64,000 bases of DNA. Origin: Emiliania huxleyi CCMP1516 (lineage: Eukaryota). The notes under the pieces are model-generated. The model had not been told where the DNA came from. It saw only the letters and a program-made list of their open reading frames with translations, and searched no databases. Shown piece by piece: positions 57,843 through 64,000 of the stretch. The stretch lies in NCBI RefSeq assembly GCF_000372725.1, contig NW_005201092.1:656564-720563 (forward strand). Direction: 5' to 3'. Position 1 is the first letter of the stretch. Each line of letters begins with the position of its first letter. The position numbers and the translations under genes are program-made.

Positions 57843-59114
57843 ATGGCAAGCGCGTTGACGCTGCTCGTCGCGCGCGCCTGTGTGGGCGCGCCCTCCGAGG
57901 ACGCGCCGCCGCATGGGGTCCAGCCGCTCTTCGCGGTCGCGCCGCATTCGCAGCCGGACGACGCATCAAGCCGTGCGGGGCGCAGTGCAGGCGGGCTCCC
58001 CGGCCTCGGCGACGGCGACAGCCTTGGGGAGGTTCGGCCTCCCCGGCTCGCCGCCGTACCCTCGCCAAGCCTGCCGCCGCCCTCGCCGCCGCCCGTGCCG
58101 CCGCCGCCCGTGCCGCCGCCGCCCGTGCCGCCGCCGCCCACACCGCCGCCGCCTGCGGCGTATGGCCGCATGCTCTCCGAGTTCAATACAGACGGCAGAG
58201 ACATGCAGCTCTTTGATCTGATGGAGGGGGCGGAGCGCGGGCGCCACCTCCTTAAATATGAGGCAAAGAAGAGCAACGAGAGCACCCTCGGGCTATGCGA
58301 ATTCCCTTCGAGCAACCGGTACGGTGAATATGTGAACTACAAGGAGTGCTTCGATCCTGCTCAACAGGACCGTGGCCGCACCGCTGAGGGCGTGCCCATG
58401 GGGCAGGTGGAGCCCTGGATTACTCCTTCCATCGACAACGCGGTCCTGCTCGCCAACGATCCTGGGATATGGTCGGTGCGTAACTTCCTCAGCCTAGCCG
58501 AGGCCGACAAGATGCTCGCGCTCGTCAGTAAGTACGGCAAAGAGCTTGGCTTTTACGGGCCCTGCAAGCACGAGCACAACCACCGCGCGACTACGCACGC
58601 ACACCCTTCGGAGGGCAAGGCCTGCTTCAAGATCTCCAGCACAAATGTCTGCGAAGGGCCATACGATCTCTCCGCCTGTGAAGCCGAAACCCACGCCGCA
58701 GACGGGGCCTTCATTGAGAGCATCATCAGCAGGTTCGGGTCCATGTGGCCTTTCGATGTCGCTCCGGGGCCCTACGCGAAGTTCCAGCTCTCCCTGGGCG
58801 ACACCCCGCCAGTCGATCTGCATGTCGACGCAGAAAAGACGATCTCCTTTGTTCTCTACCTGACGGATGGAGGCGCAGCCATGCTTTTCCCCTACGCCAA
58901 TGTAACCGTCACCCCAGAGAAGGGCACCGCACACACCTGGCTGAACTCCTACAAGGATGGCACTCGCAACCCTATGGCCGACCACGCTGTTCAAGCGCAC
59001 CCATTGTCCGCCGGTGAGAGATTGGTCATGCTCTTCGAAGTCTGCACGCCTCCGCAAGACATATTGGCCGCTGCATCGTGGTCGACGTGCAGCTCAATCG
59101 GTCTGGGACGCTAG
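57843..59114 (+). CDS. Secreted prolyl 4-hydroxylase-like 2OG-Fe(II) oxygenase
   Basis: PGIWSVRNFLSLAEAD, LHVD...ISFVLYL, VTPEKGTAHTW.N, DHAV...GER; signal-like N-terminus. Confidence 0.78.
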   Translation: MASALTLLVARACVGAPSEDAPPHGVQPLFAVAPHSQPDDASSRAGRSAGGLPGLGDGDSLGEVRPPRLAAVPSPSLPPPSPPPVPPPPVPPPPVPPPPTPPPPAAYGRMLSEFNTDGRDMQLFDLMEGAERGRHLLKYEAKKSNESTLGLCEFPSSNRYGEYVNYKECFDPAQQDRGRTAEGVPMGQVEPWITPSIDNAVLLANDPGIWSVRNFLSLAEADKMLALVSKYGKELGFYGPCKHEHNHRATTHAHPSEGKACFKISSTNVCEGPYDLSACEAETHAADGAFIESIISRFGSMWPFDVAPGPYAKFQLSLGDTPPVDLHVDAEKTISFVLYLTDGGAAMLFPYANVTVTPEKGTAHTWLNSYKDGTRNPMADHAVQAHPLSAGERLVMLFEVCTPPQDILAAASWSTCSSIGLGR

Positions 59115-59267
59115 GCAGGTCCGAGCTCGGCTGATTGGTTTCGCGTTTACGCACCAATGGGAAGGTGGCATAGACGTTGCCCTTCTGGATTTGGGGCGCA
59201 CGCTCGCGTTCGGGGTCTACACATGACGCTCACCCCGCGGGTACGACCCGCTCAGTGTTATTACAGT

Positions 59268-59353
59268 AAGAAAGAAAACAGACAGCCCAAGGGAGGGATG
59301 GGAGGACGGCACGCCGCCACCACACAGGGATTTTAAGGAGAGGGGTGTGGTGC
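59268..59353 (-). mobile_element. Short 3' end of the (TTTC)-tailed LINE
   Basis: Near-identical to 10281-10366. Confidence 0.8.
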
Positions 59354-59481
59354 TCGTAGCCGCCCCCTCAGGGATCCCGATTTAAATTCTTTTGTGTTCG
59401 TGCCAGTGCGCGCCAGTCCCGTGCCCAGTGTTGTGCGAGGGAGTTTCGTTAAGATTCTTTTATGGACCGTCCCCACGGGCC

Positions 59482-61640
59482 ATGGAGCTGGCGAGCTCAC
59501 GGCTGCCGATCTCACAGCTTCTGCTCGCTATAAGCCTCTCCACGACAGACTCCTCTTGGGTTCCTCCGCTACCAACGCGAACCGCCGTGGTCTCGCATCG
59601 CCGCTGCGCCGCGCCGGCAGCGGCCGACAGCGGCAACATCTCCTCCGCGCCTCGTGGTGGCCTCCGGGGCCTCGGCGGCGCGTTGCGCGGTGCGGCACGC
59701 AGTCGCAGCGGCGCCACCTCCGGCCGAGGCGGCCGGATAGCGGTCGCCGGCGGGCTGCTCGCCGCGCTCGGGCTCGGCGGCGGCGCCGTCGCCGCCCGCC
59801 GGGCCTCACGTCCGCTGCCGGTGGTGCTGGTGCACGGCATCCTCGACTGCTCGGAGAACATGTACCAGGTCGAGGCGTGGGTGCGCGCCTCGCTAGGCCG
59901 CGGCGGCCACGTCCTCAACGTCGAGATTGGCAACGGCGTCGTCGACTCGATAGCGCGGCCGATGGACTGGCAGCTGCAGGAGCTGGCGGCGGCGATCCGG
60001 GCCGACCCGGCGCTGGCGGAGGGGTTCAACATGATTGGGTACTCGCAGGGCGCGCTCCTCGCTCGCGGCTACGTGCAGCGGTACAACTTGCCGCGCGTCT
60101 CGACGCTCGTCAGCTGGGTGGGGCCGCAGGCGGGCGACTCACCGCCACACACACAGCGGCCAGACGCCACACGCACACCACGCACACCACGTTCACGCAC
60201 ACAAGCAACGCACACACGTACACACGCACACACACACACGCACACCAGCACCCCGGCGCGTCCCTCTGTCGCCTTGCCCTCAACCTTCTCGGCGCCTCTC
60301 CTTGTCTTCCGCAGGCGGGCCAGTTCGGTGTGCCTGCCTGGGACGAGATGATCGGCCACATCAACAAGATCACCTCCGCGATGTGGTATACGCCCGCCAT
60401 CCAGGAGCGAGCCCCTCCCGTGAGTCGATCGCTGTGTGGCGCACCCACAGCCCTGACGAGGCGTGACGAGGCGTGCCGCCGCCTCAGGAGCGGGTCTCGT
60501 TCGCAAACTACTGGCGCGACCCGATGCGGCTCGACACCTACCGCTCCAACTCGGCCTTCCTCGCAGACCTCAACAACGAGGCGCGCAGCAACTCGCCCAC
60601 TGACACGCTGACCACCGACCCCGCCCCTACCCGCGCCCCTCAACAATGAACTGGGTCCCTCGCCCTCGCCCTCGCCCTCGCCCTCGCCCTCGCCCTCGCC
60701 CTCGCCCTGCCCCTAACCCCCCCCCTCCTCCCGCAACAGGTTCCCGGCCGGCGGAACGAGAGCTATGCGACGAACCTCGCCTCGCTCGACGCCTTCGTGC
60801 TCCTCCCCTCCACCGCCTCGACCGCCTCTGCTCGGCCCACTCATCCCTCCGATCCAGCCGCAGGTGCTCGTCTCCTCCACCATCGACTCGATCATCGTCC
60901 CGCGCGAGTCGCAGTGGTCCCGCGCCTCGTCGCCCCGGGCTCGTCCGCACCCTTCTCCCCCCCCCCCCCAATCACCCGTGACGTCTCCCGGCTCAGGTTT
61001 GGCTTCTTCGCGCCAAACTCGACCTCGCGCATCGTGCCGCTCCGCCGCTCGCCGCTCTGGACCGAGGACTGGATCGGACTGCGGCGGCTCGACGCGGCGC
61101 GCAGGCTCCACTTTGCGTCGTGCGCGTGCCACCACCCAGAGGCGTGGTGTGCCCTGCCGGCCCTCCTGGTGTCACACGCCTCGGCTGCACCTCGGCTGCA
61201 CCCCCCCCCCCCCCCTTCCCTCCTTCCTTCCCGGACCGGTGGGGGGAGGGCCCTCCTCACCCGGGCGCACCTGTGCCCGGCAGGGGCCCTCCCAGGGGGG
61301 CCCCCTCCAGGTCTGGGACCGTGCCACCCGCCGCCACCTGCAGCGCCGCGGCCCGCTCGCCGCCGTCGGGCGCTGGCTGGGCGGCGCGACCGGCGGCGCG
61401 GCGGGCGGCGGCGATGACGGCGCGGGCGGCTGGAGAGGCGCCGTGCCGGGCGTGCCGGGGGCGCACGCGGCGGCCGCCTCGGCGGCGCACGCGGCCGCCA
61501 AAGCGCGCGCCGCCGCGGCGGACGCTCACGCCCGCGCCGCGGCGGCGGAGCGGAGGGCGAGGGAGCTGGCGGCCGAGGCGAGGGCGCGGGCGGCCGCCGC
61601 GCGCGACGCGACGAGGGGGGGGCGGCGCGGGGCGGGCTGA
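59482..61640 (+). CDS. PPT1: Palmitoyl-protein thioesterase family hydrolase, multi-exon
   Basis: PVVLVHGILD, GFNMIGYSQGALLARGYVQR, LVSWVGPQAGQFG, SFANYWRDP, FLADLNNE, IVPRESQWFGFF and LWTEDWIGLRRLD. Confidence 0.88.
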
Positions 61641-62688
61641 CGTGCTGTGTGTGAGGCGACCTGGCGACGGGAGGGGGTTGCGACCCTACTCTGTGAATAT
61701 ACGTCCTCCAAACGACCTCCAAAAGGGCTGTATTCTGCCCGTATTCTCCGACCGTATTCCACACGTATTCCAGAGTACGTATTCCAAACGAGGCCCCACA
61801 ATGGACGTATTCCGTATAAAATTTTCTTCGCTCCGCGAAGGTAATGCTTCGCACAGAGATCAGACCGCACAGAGCGGTAGGGTTGCGACGGACCGACGAC
61901 CGACGTCACATGCCCCCCCCGCCAGGCTGCAGGCAGGGAGGCACGCGCGTGATTGGAAGCTGGATCCAGGGGTGGTACGGGGTGTGGAGGGTGAGTTGAC
62001 CAGGGGGTTGTGCGCCGGGCCCCCGGGCCCTCCTGCTCGGCTCCAGCCGGTAGACAAGTCTTGTCATCAACAGAGTAGATGGATCTGACCTCGCTCCTCG
62101 GGGCCGATGTGACCAAGCGCTGGTAGCGTGGTTTGACCTCACACCCATGGTCTCACAGTGTGCCGGCAGTCGCCGAGCAGTGTCGCTCACACAAGCCGCA
62201 GCACAAGTGACTGAGGGCCAGTGAGGGCGAGCCCATCGCTGTCACAGCTGTAGCAGCCGCACAATAGGTTTCGCCTCAGATTTTGCCCCAAACCAGCTCT
62301 CAGACTCAGGGAAACTCGAGAGTTGCCAGAATGGAGCAGGAATGGAGCACCAAACACCCTCTTCCTTGTGGTTTCCCTGGAAACTTCCGGAAACTCAAAG
62401 TGCTGGGGACCCTCTGGTTTCCCTCTGGGTTGCCGGAAACTCTCGAGCGGGCTTCACCCCGCACGCCGCGGGCTTCACCCCGCACGCCACGGGCTTCACC
62501 CCGCACGCCGCGGAGCTCGAGGCTCCGAGCTCTCCGTCCCTCCGAGCCCTTGGAGCACCTGGAGTGCAGTCGGCAGCGGCGCGGTGCGCAGCCCCCTCAA
62601 CCGCGCAGACTCCTCCACCGCCCGCTCTCCCTGTGCTCGGTACAGCAGGGATTGTCCCACAAAAGGGTTCGACGCCAAAAAACCAAAA

Positions 62689-62761
62689 TGGAGATGCCGG
62701 GCTTCGATCCCGGTACCTCTCGCATGCGGAGCGAGCGATCTACCAATTGATCTACATCCCC
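62689..62761 (-). tRNA. tRNA-Ala: tRNA-Ala (anticodon CGC)
   Basis: GGGGATGTAGATCAATTGGTAGATCGCTCGCTCCGCATGCGAGAGGTACCGGGATCGAAGCCCGGCATCTCCA: cloverleaf with the G3:U70 pair, followed by a T-run terminator. Confidence 0.9.
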
Positions 62762-62961
62762 GTGCCTCGACGAGGCATTCGGTGTGGAAGAGAGCCGGAG
62801 GGCGGCAGCCTATATAGCTAAAAAATGAAAAATTTTGTTGGAATTTTTTGTGGATTTGGAGTTATTTTGAAAAAATAAAAAAATGTGTAGTCTTTAGGAG
62901 GGGTGGATGAGGGTTGGGAAGGGATATGAATGTTTCGTAACTCTTCGGTGTGGAAATTGAA

Positions 62962-63387
62962 TTAAGGTTTCGTTTCAGAGTTTGATTGTTTTTGTTTGTT
63001 TATTATTTTCAGGTTAAACTTCACTTGGTGCTCCTTGTCGGAGGGGAGTCTCCCGGGCAATTTGCTCGGTACCGCGCCAGCGCATATCTTGATGAGCGAG
63101 TCGTGCTTCGCCGCCGTCGCCGCGATTCCCGTGCCGCCGCCACGGAAGGTGGCACGTGCTTTTGCGAAGCCCACTTTGCGGCCTTTGCCGCTTGCCCACC
63201 GCTTGGCTTCGTCAACGGGCGAGTGCCTTACCACACTCGCCTCGGCATCACTCGAAGCCGCGAGCTCGGATGCGGCCACAAGAGCGGCCTGCTTGGCACG
63301 CAGCTGCGTAATCGTCGGCCCGCGTGTGCGGCTCTTCACGGCCTGTGCCGGCGAGTTGGCGTTCACGCGCTGAATCATCATCGTCAT
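62962..63387 (-). CDS. Hypothetical basic protein (141 aa)
   Basis: ATG ORF flanked by AT-rich DNA; no recognised domain. Confidence 0.3.
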   Translation of the reverse strand: MTMMIQRVNANSPAQAVKSRTRGPTITQLRAKQAALVAASELAASSDAEASVVRHSPVDEAKRWASGKGRKVGFAKARATFRGGGTGIAATAAKHDSLIKICAGAVPSKLPGRLPSDKEHQVKFNLKIINKQKQSNSETKP

Positions 63388-63588
63388 GGCTGCTGTCTCG
63401 CTCGCTCGTGCGTCCTTGGAACTTGTGCCCGCCTCCTTCTCCTACGAGCTCGTATGCCACGTCGCCGCCTGTGTTTGGGTTTCTATGTTTGCGATTTGGA
63501 ATTTGGTATTTGTCCAACTCTTTGTTTATTTATTTATCTACCGCTGACCGGACAGGTTCCACACCTCTCGGCGAGCGTAAACAGTGAG

Positions 63589-64000
63589 TCACACCCTCGC
63601 AGCACCGCCGCGCGGGCGCGCCTCGAGCTCCTCCGGCCGCGGTATCGACGCGCACCGAAACGACTCCCGCGACCAGCCGCCGCCGGGCAGCGCATCGGGG
63701 AAGCAGCTCGAGGCGCACTTGGTGTGGAGGCGCCGCTGGTCGAAGCCGACGCCGGCAGCGGCGCTGCGGTTGGCCTCCTGCAGCTCCCCGCGCGAGGCGC
63801 CCGGGGGCGGCTGGTGGCCGTTGAGGAAGTGGGGCATGAGGCCGGGCAGGCCGCGCCGCCGGTAGGGCCTCGAGAAGAAGTCGCCGTTGCGCGCGCCGCA
63901 CGTGACGGCCGCGGTGCGGTTCGCGTCGCAGCGGAAGAGGTGGGGGTGGCGGCCGCACATGACCCCCTCGTCGGTCGGGCGCAGCGCCTCGCACTCGGCG
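63589..64000 (-). CDS. Hypothetical protein, 3' part (runs off the window end)
   Basis: Open frame from the window end to the stop at 63589 with coding-like GC3 bias; Cys-containing. Confidence 0.5.
   Translation of the reverse strand, partial: AECEALRPTDEGVMCGRHPHLFRCDANRTAAVTCGARNGDFFSRPYRRRGLPGLMPHFLNGHQPPPGASRGELQEANRSAAAGVGFDQRRLHTKCASSCFPDALPGGGWSRESFRCASIPRPEELEARPRGGAARV

Noticed and set aside
61691..61858. CGTATTC-rich segment with 7-bp inverted ends as a MITE
   Set aside because: The inverted repeat is too short and there is no TSD.
90..64000. Many long Arg/Ala/Gly/Pro-rich antisense and alternate-frame ORFs in the track
   Set aside because: Shadow ORFs caused by high GC and scarce stop codons; no domains recognised.

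Overview
This is GC-rich eukaryotic genomic DNA. Short GC-AG/GT-AG introns, 10-11-bp intronic microsatellites, SPPPP-rich secreted proteins and plastid-type genes suggest a haptophyte such as Emiliania/Gephyrocapsa huxleyi (inference). It holds about 25 protein genes: DnaJ, FkbM methyltransferase, TPR-ankyrin, Pmp-like surface protein, RsmB-type methyltransferase, ARM repeat, two Myb factors, two 2OG-Fe(II) oxygenases, a GH-A glycosidase, ankyrin/U-box, DUF1995, HTTM-like, DMT transporter, TMEM19, palmitoyl-protein thioesterase and others. It also holds a tRNA-Ala(CGC) and many transposon insertions, several with readable target-site duplications (TSDs). Highlights: (1) a selenoprotein T gene split by the ORF track at its UGA (CMSU), with a type II SECIS; (2) a gene with motifs of the phage-type aGPT-pyrophosphorylase/amino acid:DNA transferase family; (3) apparent fusions LigB-like dioxygenase + granulin-like + alpha/beta hydrolase, and PsbP-like + SelW-like; (4) a MACPF-like gene broken by two insertions and a frameshift; (5) introns that carry direct-repeat copies of the neighbouring exon; (6) a structured three-way-junction RNA shared by two repeat copies. 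All calls come from manual reading; no database searches were run.
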